From positions 10,044,001-10,108,000 of the forward strand of contig CP075493.1 in NCBI GenBank assembly GCA_021613535.1: a DNA stretch of 64,000 nt, written 5' to 3'. A program made the translations under genes and the position numbers. Below, piece by piece: positions 25,990 to 39,671 of this stretch (positions within the stretch are counted from its first letter, which is position 1; each line of letters begins with the position of its first letter). The notes beneath the pieces were generated by a model, which saw nothing but the letters and a program-made list of their open reading frames with translations, was not told where the DNA came from and did no database searches. This DNA comes from Adineta vaga. Its lineage: Eukaryota; Animalia; Rotifera.

Positions 25990-26900
25990 TAATAGGAAAA
26001 CTGTCAAACGCGCGCAATTTCTCGAGCTGTTTTTCCATTGACGACACAGAAGGATAGAAGAGACAGCAGCAAAGGAGAAAAGAAAAAAACCCTGAGTGAA
26101 CATAAGAAGAAAAACGCGTTGAGATAGTTTGCAACAATTCTTTCTTTTTTTTCTTTCCTTCTTGGTTTTTCACATAGAATAACCAACATGTTTATTATAA
26201 AAAAAAGAAAGATGGTGTTGGTGGTGGGGATGACAGTAAGCGCACCTCGTTCTCCTCGACAATAACACAACACCACACAGTATTGACGAGGAAAACTCTT
26301 CCATCGCGCGATGGCGGTAGTATAGGTACAGCCTTCTTCTCCTTTTTTTTCTCGTTCTCTTCTTGTCGAAGCTCTAAACACATCTATACACCATTTTTTT
26401 TTCCTGCTCGGTCGCTTGGTCGGTCGATGACGACCATTTTGTCGGCAGTTTATATTGCTTTTTTTCTCTTTCTCTTTCCTTTCTGTTGGTTAAGGTTTTC
26501 TTTCTCGTTCGTTCGTACGCATACACATACTGAAGACAACTAACGTTGATATATATATATATATGTGTGTATGTGTATTTCTTCTTCATTTCTTTTTTCA
26601 TTCTGTTCGATGGCGAAATACGAACGGATTTGTTTGACTTCTTCTCTCTTTTTCTCTCCTTCTTGCATCGACCGCGCGCATGCTCGCGTCGATTCATTAT
26701 TCACATACATATATATATATATGTGTATGTGCACGTACTAAGTGAGCGATGGCGGAAAGAGAACACACCATCAATACGAGAACGTGGAGCAATAATCGAC
26801 GAAGATGAAGAATTCTTCGTACTGCTTAGAGAGAAAGAGAGAATAGCGATGCAAAAGACTCGTACATATATATATGACATGGATAAATGAGATTAAAGAC
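25990..26900 (-). promoter_or_regulatory. CpG-enriched putative promoter / 5' region of the SERTA gene
   Basis: Local cluster of CGCG motifs in otherwise AT-rich DNA, including a 14-bp palindrome CCATCGCGCGATGG (26301-26314) and three CGATGGCG copies. Confidence 0.45.
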
Positions 26901-29018
26901 AAAAAAAGTTAAAATCTAATGTTATATTGTTCTAAAGAATAAAAAAACACGATTCTATACGAAATTGATAATGATTTGTTTATATTGTTGAATAAGAATG
27001 AACTAGTCTTTATATGTTCGTGTCTTTGGATATTAGATTATTTAGTATTATTACATTTTCCGTTATATATGCTTTGCAGTCGTTCATAGTTCTATCGTCC
27101 TATCCTGTCGATTGGCGACGTACGCCGTTTACACATTCTTTCCTCATTTGTTATTCGTCAATTTCTTTTTGTCTTGTTCATCAACAATCTAATGCAATAC
27201 TTGCGCGTAAATGTACTTTCATGTACAAAGCAGAAGAAATTGATGGAAGAGAAAAAGAAAAGAGAAATACGCTTGTCTTCCACATTGCTATTAGAACTAG
27301 TGCTAAAAACGAGGAAAAAATGGAAATAATTGAATATGTTAGCCGAATGTTACGTAGAATTTCATATTCAAAAGTGATCAATTTCATCTAATAAAAATTT
27401 CTGAATCTTCATTGATAAAGATCATTGTCAGTCATATTATAAAACGAAATTTCTCACGATTAGATTTCATCTCTTGAAATACATTTGATTTGATTCGATA
27501 CTATGCGTGAGTTTTCGCTGTATATTCATTTGAACTAAAATCAGATCAATGCAAAAATATTTATTCCTGTCAAAAAATGATAGCAAATGAGAAAGACAAC
27601 TGTTTTCAAGTACAGAACAACTTAAAATAATGAAACATTCAAAACATTTGTGAAATATTGTAGTTTATTAAAAAAGTATTTTTATAACTAATCATTTACC
27701 AGAATATTGAATGATAAAATGAGATTATGATTTACAATTTGTTTGTATTGTAATGTCAGATATTAACTTGAAAGTGATTGTATAAATTTTTTGCAATAGA
27801 ATAAAGAGGTAATGCTTATATTACTTTGGTCAACTTCGTCTAATTATTTTTGAAAATTTTTTCCTCAGTCATGAACTGAGAAACCAAAATGTTGGCAAAT
27901 TTCATGTACATAAATGTACAATCATACATATTTAATTATGAATTATAGTGAGTGAAGTAGTTTTGTTTCCATTACGAAGACCATTGGCGAAACTATAAGT
28001 TGATCGGTAAAATATAGTGCCACTTCACTAGCAAATAATTACCGCTTTAGTGACATCTCAGATCATAAGTATGTCCGCCTTCTATTATTCACATTATTTA
28101 CCATAGTAAAACAAATAGATTACGTGATCGGTTTATTCTTCGCTTATGCATTTGTTAGAATAAAAAAATTCATTCGAATACATTTTCAATCCATCATAGT
28201 TATTAAAGATTTTAATGCAATCTATCGTTTGATTCTTTAATAATGTACATGTAAGTAAACTGTAGGAAAATTAAAAATCATTTATGAGTTATTCCTTTTT
28301 TTCTATTTCTCTCGTGTCATCTGAGTTCAATTTCATTCTGGCATTTTGACCTCATATATTCATTCTTTGTATGGGAATGTTATGGTCAGACGGGAAATCA
28401 GTAAAGTGATCCACATCAAAAGAAAAGAAAAGAAGAGTGATTTCTTTAACGTTGTCAAGTTACTTTAACAAACATGATGAATACAAAGAAAACTTTTTTT
28501 TCTATCGAAAACGGATGCATAAATAATTCGTGTACGATGAAGGATTATCAGTATGTTTCTGATTGGTAAATGAAAAGCGCCTATGTCGTTTAACTTCTCT
28601 CATCGCATCGCATCACATCGCTCGTTACAATAGATTCCTTTTCCCCTGATGAATCATATATTTTCAACATGGCTTTTCATTTCTTCTCATTTTGCTTTTA
28701 TTCTCTTTTCTCAATTCTTCTTCTTCATCTACAGTAGTTAACATAGTCATGGGCGAAAATTATTAGATTAAAAAAAAAAGAAGACGAAGAAAAAGAAGAG
28801 AGAAAAAAACGTATAAACGTCGAGTATAATTTCTTTTGCAAATATCTTTGTCTTCTTCTTTTTCTTATCAGTTGAACACGTATATATTATACATACTCTT
28901 AGTTACCATGTTGTTTTTTTTGTAGTCATCATGTTTTAATCAAGTTGCTATTGAACTTATAATTGTTATCGATGAATCACAACAATAGATATTAATTTAA
29001 TCAAAGTTTTGAAATTGA

Positions 29019-30766
29019 ATGGTATCGAATCAACCAAATATGCATCATCCTTATTTAACTGCTGAACAATTGGACAATTGGAAAGGTTTAAAAGGGAATA
29101 TTACATTTACACCAAATTATATCGATCTTGTTCGAGGTATTTGGAATACAATAGCATGGTATTATGCACCACATATGTGGCGAGATTATGTCTTTCCTCA
29201 GTCATTCATTAATGAATTTCTTCGTTATTTTTACTTTCCATTAAATCAAGTTTACTATATTGTTTATATAGCTATAGCTATAACATTCTTACGTTATGCT
29301 TTTGAGAAATTTGTCTGCAAGGTTTGTTCAGAAAGAAAAATTGACTTATTTTATTTGATATAAATTCTTAATTTTAGCCATTGGTAAATTGGCTTGACCT
29401 AACAACATTAAATAAAAATAAGTTTCCGGAATCAGCATGGAAATGCTTATTTTACACATGTACATGGGCTTTTAATGTTTACTTACTCCATTATTGTTAT
29501 GATTATTTTCATCAACCATATCTGATTTGGGATGGTAAGTAGACAATAGACAACTATCTGATTGAGTGATCTCACTCTTATGAATACATAGATTGGGCAC
29601 CTGGAATGTCTGTTCCATTTAATATTAAGTTAATGTATTTTATTCAATGTGGTTTTTATTTACATTCCATTTATGGAACACTTTGTATGGATTATAAACG
29701 AAAAGATTTCTATGCCATGCTTTTACACCATGTATTAACAATGACACTTATCTTTGTTTCTTATGCAACACGGTAAGATAGATAGAGAGATATGTTCATT
29801 TAAATCAGAAATTCAATTTCTTTTTAGTTATCACAAAATTGGTTTACTCGTGCTTTTTGTGCATGATATTACCGATATATGGCTTGAATTGGCAAAAGCA
29901 TTACATTATCTTTCTTTAAGAAGAGGTGGTCGAGAATGTCCACGTTGGGAAACCGCTGCGAACGTTTGTTTCGTTATGTTTTTGTTAAGTTGGTATGTCA
30001 AAATAATTCGAAAGAAGTGTATAATTGAAAATTTTGTTAGCAATTGCAAATAGCAAAGGCGATAAATATATATCGATGTATCATATGAACTGACTGATTG
30101 ATGAAATCAGTAGTTACAGCTCATTATATTGACCACCCTTAGTGCAAAGAAAACAATTAAATACCAGAATAACCATTTGATACACATATATGAGAGATTA
30201 TCAAATAATCTAATCACCTAACTAACTGAGCTATATCGGTTTAATGTAAAGATTTATAAACCATGATCTACTTACGAATTAAAACGAATAGCATAGATAG
30301 ACTTTTGTAATCGTTCCATAAATTCATATATGCTAATGAATGTCTACAAATATATCCGACAATAGCTATAATTGTTTCAGTTATTTGATAATTGTTCTCA
30401 TTTTAACATAATACTTACGGCTAAAAACTAGCATAGGAAAATGTATTTATGAAATTCCAAAATTCTATTGTATTCATTAGGTTTCTATTTCGTCTCTATT
30501 GGTATCCAATAAAAGTTTTATATTCGACCGGCGTTGTGACTGCATACCGAGCTTATGATAAAGGCTGTGGTCTATATGGATTTTTCAATTCTCTTTTATG
30601 GATTTTATTCGGTCTTAATGTCTACTGGTTATACGTAAGTACAACAATGATCAACTATTGATACTAATCTATTTGTTTATTCTAGTTTATTCTACAACTT
30701 CTTTTCCGAGTATTATCAGGATCATCTAATGGCTTAGAGGATACACGTGAAGCTGAAGAAGAGTAA
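29019..30766 (+). CDS. CERS: Ceramide synthase (LAG1/TLC domain; CerS1-like, no homeodomain), multi-exon
   Basis: KFPESAWKCLFY, Lag1 motif RKDFYAMLLHHVLT...IGLLVLFVHDITDIWLE, FRLYWYP, and C-terminal LEDTREAEEE-stop. Confidence 0.93.
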
Positions 30767-31865
30767 ATTTTCTATGATTTTTCTTATATGTACTGATTTG
30801 TTTGCCATATCTCACTTTTACCTTTAGATCAATATCAACGTCAACGAAAACTCCTAAGAATAATGTTTTAAATGAAGATTTGAAAAATAAGAAAGAGAAA
30901 TAATTCTACACATCATACACGAGACTTTTCTTTTAATACATTTTCAAGGTGGTTGCATCTATTTCACTTTTTTTCCAGTTTTGTTTGTTTTTTTCTGTCT
31001 TTTTTTTCTCGCTCTCCTTCTTTCAACCATATTCAACCATATTGCCTACTCGTTTGTGATGTGTCTTCCACCATTGAATGTGTTTCATCCTGTTTTGTCA
31101 GTGTGGTAGTGAAAAACAAATAGTCTATTTTCATTTTCTTATCAATAACACAAATTTTACAACGAAAAAAAAACCAAAAAACATGACACAGCAAGAAAAT
31201 GATTGACGAAAAACAGTGAACAAATAAAAAAACAGATCAAATTCTTGTCATTGTCTCGAATCCATGATTATCTTTGTTTGTTTTTCTTCTATGTACTTGT
31301 ATATAACCGTACAATACGCATTTTCTTTCATATTCGTGTGCTAAACAAGATCGACACAGAAAATAAACTATAATTCTCAAGACAAGTGCATCGAAGACTT
31401 CTTTTTATTCAAACAACTAATAGCAATATTTTCAACTAGTTAAAGAAGAGAGAAAAGTCTTATAAACAATGTATGCTACTTATTGTCGATGTTCATTTCT
31501 ACATTTTTTTATCATTCTAGATTAAGTATAGGAATATAACCGAGATTTTTGTCAGTATTGATGTATTTGAAGTGATATTGATAGTTCTAAGAACAACTGC
31601 TCATCATTCAGAGTTTACCGCATAATCAAAATCTCCATTAAGTGCGTTCAAAATAAAAAGATCTTCTCTCTCATAATCGTGTATTATCATACTCAATATA
31701 AATCTTTTTTCATCATGTTTCTGTCGACAGATACATGGCATATTGTGTTTTATTCAATCAACAATCATAATATACAACAACAACTAATATTGACACAATT
31801 AACTAATTTAAGAAGACAAGAGAAAACTAAACATAATGTCCAGAAATACAAACATTTTATGTTAC

Positions 31866-33890
31866 TTATTGTTCAAGTTCATCATTTCCATAATCAAATT
31901 GCCACCATGTTGTATGAATAGCTTGTGATGGATAAACAACCAAAGTTGGACCATAGATTGACTAAAAAATTCGAATAAAAAGTCATTGATTTATATATCT
32001 CGTTATTGACATATATTATTGCTAGTAAAACTTACCATTGATTGATAAGCAGGTGATTGTTTTGGACTAATACGAATGCCATACATGTTAGGAACCATGG
32101 TCTCACGATTCGATAATCCAACTCCATATGGATCAATAATTATACCTGCATGATCAGAAAAAATATGCATCGTTGTTTTCGTTTCACTTTCTGTTAATCT
32201 ATAGAAAGAAAGAAAAAATGTCAGAAAAGTACAAAGGAAATCTATCGATAACAATAAGACATACGTTGCAACATGATTTTTTCCGAGTCCAGCTCCATCA
32301 AGACGATAAAAATAATTTGTTACATTTGTTAATTTATCAACAGATTGTTCTTGAATCATTTGATTTTTTTGTATTTGTTCATTAGTTTTGATATCAATTG
32401 ACTTCGATGAACCAAGTTTAAGATGATGCTTAGAAAGAAAACATTTTGAAAATCATTTGAAAAATTTATTCTTTTCTTTTTATTCACTTACTGTACTTAA
32501 ATTTCCATAACCACGTAAATTAAAATAAATATTATTTGTTGGATCAACAATCATCTGTTCATTGACTGGTGGAGAAACAATTGTTTTCATGATGAATTGA
32601 TTATCATTGGATAAGGAAAATTCATAGATAACTTCGATGAATTCTCGTACAAAACGAACTCGTGATGGTTCATTGACATTTCCATACATTGTCCAATCTT
32701 CATTATAAGCATTTAGAAATGGATAATTCAATGGTAATTGATTTGTTCGATTCATTGAATTAATAGGTTCATCAAAACCGAACCGTACAGCACCGAAATG
32801 ATGAGATCCATCACTATCTTTAAGAACAATTGATCGATTATATCTTTTACCAGTACTATCGGTATATGGAATTAAGATGTCTGTAATAGATGCACCACGA
32901 CGTGATACTGTGATAATGATACCACTTGAAGCTGGATGTGTTATATTAAAGAAAGGTTGATTTATTGGTACTTCTATCCAAGTGAAAGGATCTCGAAGTT
33001 TAGATACAAACAGAGGACGAGATGAACTACGTGGTTGTTGCTTGTGATTGCGATTCAACTAGAAAAGAGAAAAGTTCTATTTATTTCTATGTTTAAATTT
33101 GAAAGTATATTCAGGGAGATTATGAAATATTAATAATGAATACTTCGTTGCTGCATGTTCTAGTGAATATGTGCTATTTGCGTTAGATACATTCAAATAC
33201 TTTCCTACAACTGTCAACTTCTTTCCTATCCGTGTTCAACATTTCTATACATAAACAAATGATAACGAAACAATAATAAGTATCTAGTGTATCTTTCTCA
33301 CGTATTCTTTAATTATAAAGTATGTTTGTCCTTGAAATAGCTTTTGTATTGTCAATATATGTACATATACACATTGATAATTGGTTCATTCATGAATCCT
33401 TTCTATATCGTATATATGTATGTTTTTCATCTGTTCAATCTCAAACAAACAATACTATTTTGAATAGACTTACTCCTTCAAGATTGATAATAATAAATGC
33501 AATACTACATAGAAATAGTGCAAAACAAACACTGGCTAAAATTAGAAATAATTTGTTCACTGGTGAACAGCAAGATTTGACTTTATCTGGATGTTCATGG
33601 CCATCATCGATTTGCATTTCATGTTGTTTACAAAGTTTTACACCATTCGTTTGTTCATGTCCATTGGCTTTGGCTGCTGCTAAAGCTACATCATGTGCTT
33701 GATAGTTTACATCCATATGTGCTTGAAAATTTCCATCGACATTTGTTTGCTCAACTGGTTCCAATGGAATTGCTACTAGCGCATCAATTGTCGAATTTTC
33801 AGATGCTACAGGTTGAACGATTTGAGGACTGAGTAACGTACCTTCATCTGGATTGATCGGTGAAGCTGATGTTAAGATGACGTTGTTCAT
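31866..33890 (-). CDS. Type II membrane protein with an aldose-1-epimerase (galactose mutarotase)-like domain, probably catalytically inactive; 5 exons
   Basis: Exon 1 ends in a TM (LFLILASVCFALFLCSIAFIII). The later exons give RRGASITDILIP...RSIVL...HFGAV, IVDPTNNIYFNLRG, HHLKL, TTMHIFSDHAGIII and HTTWWQF, which are mutarotase-fold motifs in the expected order. Confidence 0.72.
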
Positions 33891-34798
33891 TTTCTTAGTA
33901 ATGTCAGCAACAAGATTAACACAAAAACAGATTTGAAGTGAGTGTCGATATGTATATACTTTTCTTCTCTATTTCTCGTCCGTTCGAACAATAGATATGA
34001 AAGAATATGACATGGAGAGAGAGTGTGTATGTGAGATAGAGAAAAGACTAGAGAAGGAGAACGAATGTGTTTCTCTCTTTCTGAAATGAAAAAAGAGAGA
34101 AAGAGAAAGGAATAAACGGTCAGCTTTTTTTCCTCTCTTCTGATCATTTCGAACATATATATATATATGTATAGAATAAAGTTTGATTTAATTTGTAATC
34201 AATGAAACGGAAGATTTGAAAGAAGATAGAATGATAACTGTCTTTAGCCTTTTCTAATATCTAACGTATGTTCGAAGTGCTAATAGATTCATCCAATTAT
34301 AAATACCGATGTGTTCATGTGCTCAGAGATGCACGAAAAATGTCATACATAAAACATACCATAAAATTCAATGCCAATTAGAAGTACGAACGTATTTCGA
34401 AGCGATTACATTACGGATCAGACCTAAGCAAAAAATAACAACAACCACAACAATAGAAAAGAAGCTTTGATTTTCATTTTGATGTTTATCTTTTGCCGAA
34501 ATATTTTGATTATTATCTTATAGCTGGTATCTAGGGCTTAAGTTCATATGTTGAACGAATTACTTTACACATATCAATTACATTGTGAAGTGCATAATTA
34601 AACTAGTGTATTCCTTGAGAAGTTATATCTTAATTCTCTAAGTACATTTAATACCTTGTTCACTTTTGTTTTATCTTGTCTATTTGAAACATTATTTAAA
34701 TTTTTATTATATTAATTGCGCAAATAATCTTCATATTACTTTCAAAATACAGCACAAAAAGAAAGAAAGATCAATACATGTATTCATATAAAAACTTT

Positions 34799-37530
34799 TC
34801 AAACATCATCATCATTCGTTCCAATGAAACTAACGTCTAATGTATCTTTTCGACTCGATGCATCATCAATAGTCATTGATCGTTTTGTTTCAGCAAGTTT
34901 TTCGACTGTTTGTAAACGTTGACCAAGCGATGCCATATTTGCAGAATATTCACCCATGAGACGTGCTAAACGTGTTTCTAAATTATCAATATTTCCTTCT
35001 AATCGTGTAACCTTTTCTGGTATTGCTGCTTCATCTTCTTGTGCAGTTTGAGCTGCTTCTTCATCTAATAGATTATCTTTTCTTAAATGAGCTTTTCCAC
35101 GTTCAATTAAGGTTTCGCGTGCTGATGGATATTCAGCTAAGACTTCCCATAAATCTTGTTTTGTTAGACAAAATAAATCAGAATATCCCACACTACGAAT
35201 ATTGGCAGTACGACGATTACCGGTTTTACTACCTAAAAAACGAAAACATTGATTGTAATATATATTTTTTAATGCAAAGAAAATCTAACCAGGTATATTA
35301 AGAATCGAAATTTCCCCAAAAACACTTCCTTCTTCTAAGGTAACGAATATTTTTGTTCCATCATCGGATACTACACTTAATCGACCACGTTTTATTATAT
35401 ACATTTCTTTTCCAATGTCACCTAGAGAAAAAGAAGATTCGTTGGAGATATGTCAAACAAATAAAATAAGTATTACCTTTTCGACAAACATAGTCTCCTG
35501 GACTGAAAATCTGTAATTTTAATCTTGTTACTAGTTCAACTAATAAGCCTGGTTGAGCTTCAGCAAAAATCGGTACTCGTTTTAATGCAGCTAGATGTAC
35601 ATGTATAGCAATTTCTACACGTAATTTTTGTGGTAATGCACCTTGGAAATAAAAAAATTAACAAAGAAGATGAATACAGACTAAAATATTTCGTTTTTCT
35701 TTGTTACCTAAAACCATATCTTCATTCGCAACTTGTTTTTGTAACCATAAATAATCGAACCAAGTAATAACTCGTCGTTCGAGATCTTTTCCAACTTTTC
35801 GGAAGACCATATATTGTTTAACTTGATCAACTTTTTGTCGAAAATCAGCACGAACTGCGTTCATACTTGCAATAATTGAACCGACATTTCCGACAACTAT
35901 AAACATTCAATTTTTCAATGAATTTAACAAGTCTATCAATCGAACTTACTAGTAGCAAAAATGAGCACACCTGTAAGAAAATCAGCAGTGACAAATAGAA
36001 CTTCAATCTAAATATATGGATAAAAAAATATCATTATAAATATTACGGTTGTTTTATAAATGCGCAGAATAAATTATCGACTAGTTGAACAGAGAAGTAC
36101 AAAATTCAGATGGAGATTACAAACAATGTGATAATATATCTGTCAAATAGGTCATTTAATCTCTAAGCTATTAACCTCAATTTCTATCCAACATGCGCAC
36201 GTTCTTCCGTTGACCTTTGCATGGAAAAATTTCTTATTGATAATTCTACAACTTACATCGGTTTCAGGTGGTGGAACTTCTCCAATATTCGTCAAAACAA
36301 GTGTTGACCAGAAAAAACAGTAAAGATATTGTGTTGTTAATGTATTAGCTGTTGGTTTCGTCATATTATATACCCAATCATCACTTGAATAACCAATCCA
36401 ACGACTTATAATAAAATAGAAACAAGCATTCCAATGAATGATAATAAGAATAATAATCAGTAAAGTAACCAGACGAAAAACATTTGGATGATTTGTTTGC
36501 GTTTCGACTTTATCAGAAAATTCTAATGTTCGATAAATTCGAAATAGTCGATTGAAACGTACAGCTGGTAAGAGATAAAGTTTGGGAATAAAATAAAGAA
36601 AATCCGTTGGTAATAATGAAATAATATCCAAGATAAAAGCTCGACTTTTCATATAATGTTTACCTAATTTACCAATATCGCGAACGATTAAACCTTGTTC
36701 AAGATAACCTGAATAGAAGAGTAATAGAAGAAGATATCAATGAGATTACAACAAAACCTTTTCGTGTTTGTATACATGTATCAACAATATAACAAAAATC
36801 GCAAAGATAATCGAAAATTAACCAAACGATAAGAAGACGTTCTTGGAGAAGAAGAAAAGCACTACGACCAATGAGAATTGTATAATTATAAAGAACAGCT
36901 AATGAAACAATTGACGACCAATAATAATAGAATGATTGTGAAGGATCTACTACCCAATTTTTACTAGAATTCAAATAATAATCGATTTATTTCAAATAGA
37001 TAAGTTATAAAATCAAACCTATTTTCATCTTGAATTGATTGAATTTTAGAAGAGGGTGCAAATTTTTCCAGAAACGAATCTGTTCGTTGAGGAATCACTT
37101 GTCGTCCATGATTTCTTTGCATCCATCGTCGAACACGCTATTAGAAGGAAAATGAAAACACATAAAACAATAACGTTTTCTCTTTCATACAAAATGTAAT
37201 ATCGAGTCAAATTCCTACAACATCGAACATGCAAAATACTTACACCTATCAAATTTACTGCATTCTGAAAAGTATATGTACAGAAAAAGAAAAGAAATGA
37301 GATTGAAAACAAACCTGCGCTCGTCGAACAAGATCGTAGAAACTTGTTTCCTCTCGATGTGGTTGTTGAAGTGGTGTATTAGCTAACGTTCGAATAACAC
37401 TATCGGTTGCAGTGGATAATTCAGAATCAGGTTGTCTTGCTGAATATGCAACCGAAGGTGGTTGTGCATGATTATTCATCACTACATACGGTGCAGTACG
37501 TCGATGTTGTCGATCTGATGGTGATCTCAT
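34799..37530 (-). CDS. CNGA: Cyclic nucleotide-gated cation channel alpha subunit (CNGA/TAX-4-like), multi-exon
   Basis: DSFLEKF N-terminal motif, S4 [17 protein letters not shown], pore [17 protein letters not shown]-linker [20 protein letters not shown]...[17 protein letters not shown], and a C-terminal leucine zipper. Confidence 0.95.
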
Positions 37531-39671
37531 CTGGATCGAATATTTTCACGAAATTTTCAAAATCATATAGAATATCTAGAAGAAATAGAGAACCTTTTCT
37601 AGTTCTTTAATACAAATAAGATTAAAATAACACTGTTGATTATTCATTTTATCGAATATCCTTTTTCTCGGGGATAAATATGAGGGAAAAAAAAGAGAGA
37701 GAGCAAAGCATCGAACGTATACTTCAATTCATTCTTGCTCGATGGACTATTGTCACACATAATTCTAAAAGATATTCCGGTTTGACAATGTCGCTCGTGC
37801 GTGATGATGTTCTTTCGTCAGCGTGCGCATACTCACTTACAAACACATTTTCTCATTTTTCTTATTTTCTATTTCTTCTTTTCTTAGAAAGAAAAAGAAG
37901 AAAAAGAAGTAGAAGAAGAAGATCCCTTTTCTTTTCCCTTTTTAACGCAATATTTTACTACTACCTGTAAAAAGGGATGAGACGTGATGCATCAATGCTA
38001 TTTTAATTTCCTTTTCTTATGACGACTGAAAAGATAGCGAGGGAGGAGAGAGAGACAGAGAAAGAGAAATGACATGGTTACTTCTGATAGTTGTCATGGA
38101 AAACTTTGCGGCTGTCCTTTCTTCTGATACTTACATCAAACGAATTATTTTTCCAATATTGTAATCCTATCCTCGACAGTTGTGTTGTTCCTTCAATAAC
38201 TGACATTTCGAAAAAAATATTGGCAAGAAACAGAAAAAAAAGACATAAATGAATTCATAACTTGGTAACCTTTTCAATACATACATCAGATTGAATAGAA
38301 AGTAGTAAATTAATTGAAATTAAACTTCAAAAGATTAAAATCATAACTTTACAGATGTCATTACTTATCTATTCTATCTCAAGAATATCAATGGCGAATG
38401 AAAATTGGACTGAAATTTCATATTTTTTTATTGTAACTGTTTTGTAGGTCAATTATGATCATTGTCAATAACAGTATTCAATGATTGTTCTATTTCGAAA
38501 ACAAATCGTTTCATGGTATTATCGAGACATTGTTGAAGAAATCTTCTTTAGTTTAGTAAATGAAGCATTAGATGTATCCATACAGTTTTAGTTGACGAAT
38601 TTTTGACATGGACAATTTGTATAACTAACGTGTATAAATCATTCACATTTTACATATGTAATTTGACAGATTTGTACTGTCAACTGACGATGAGATTTTA
38701 CATTGATTAGTCTTATATATCGGCTAAGAATCAATTGAAAATTAGGATAAAATTTGAATAAGATTTTATGGTATTGTTTCTCGGTTAATAATATCAATAA
38801 TCATATGTCAACAAGCAATTTATTCTCCATCTATTTCGTGCAAATATAAAATAGATGATATTGTTGAGTTAATCGGTTTCTACATTTTTCTCTTCTAATT
38901 GTTATCAGAGAAAAATTCGATGAATTTATTCTTTTTTAAGAAATATCGAGGGTTGATATGATCAGATTAAATTTCGAATATTCATTCTGTTCGTGATTAA
39001 AAATGTTCGATAGAAGGTCAAAAGTGTATACACACACATATGCAGAAAGAAAATATCGTTGGAAAAGAACAGAGAAGGGAAGTTCTTTTTCTCACGTCGA
39101 AAGATACAAAAAAAAGACAGTCGTATACAAACTAGATAAGATTATTGAGATTGTCCTTGGGAAGAACTATACCATATGGCGTGATACTCGTTTACAATAG
39201 GTTTTGGTTCAAAGAACTCATTGTCATTTTTAATAGTAAGAACAGATAAGTAATGTATCATTAAGACTTTGATTCTACCAGAGAATGTATAGACATAAAT
39301 TCAATTGGTGGTAAAATAGAAGACGATAGTGATATAGTTTTTATTTTTGCCAATTTCATTGATATGTGTGTTGATATGTTATAATATATATATATACATC
39401 TTTTTACTCCTAGTTGATATTCTCAATATAAAACAAAACAAAGTGTGAAAAGAAAAATAGATATCGACCTCGAATGCTGCACTAGTTGTTGTGATGACGT
39501 GAATGACATAGGGACGCAACAATGTGAAGAAGTTCTTATCTTTTATTCTCTATTAGTTATGTTGAAGATGAAAGTACAGAAAATAGACCACAATTATACC
39601 TTTATTCTGCTTATGTTTTTCACAATATCTTTTTGAATATTGTTATTATTATTTTCAGTAAACTTCCAAGA

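Noticed and set aside
25906-27391. Cluster of overlapping 60-125 aa ORFs on both strands
   Set aside because: These are low-complexity F/K/R/E translations of purine/pyrimidine tracts and (TA)n repeats, with no motifs. They are better explained as promoter/UTR sequence.
31024-31043. Direct repeat caaccatatt x2 in the CerS 3'UTR
   Set aside because: A single short tandem duplication with no associated element.
8967-37530. GPCR + PLC-beta + CNG channel as a functional sensory gene cluster
   Set aside because: They are separated by unrelated housekeeping genes and show no shared regulatory signal. Co-location is plausibly chance unless conserved synteny is shown.
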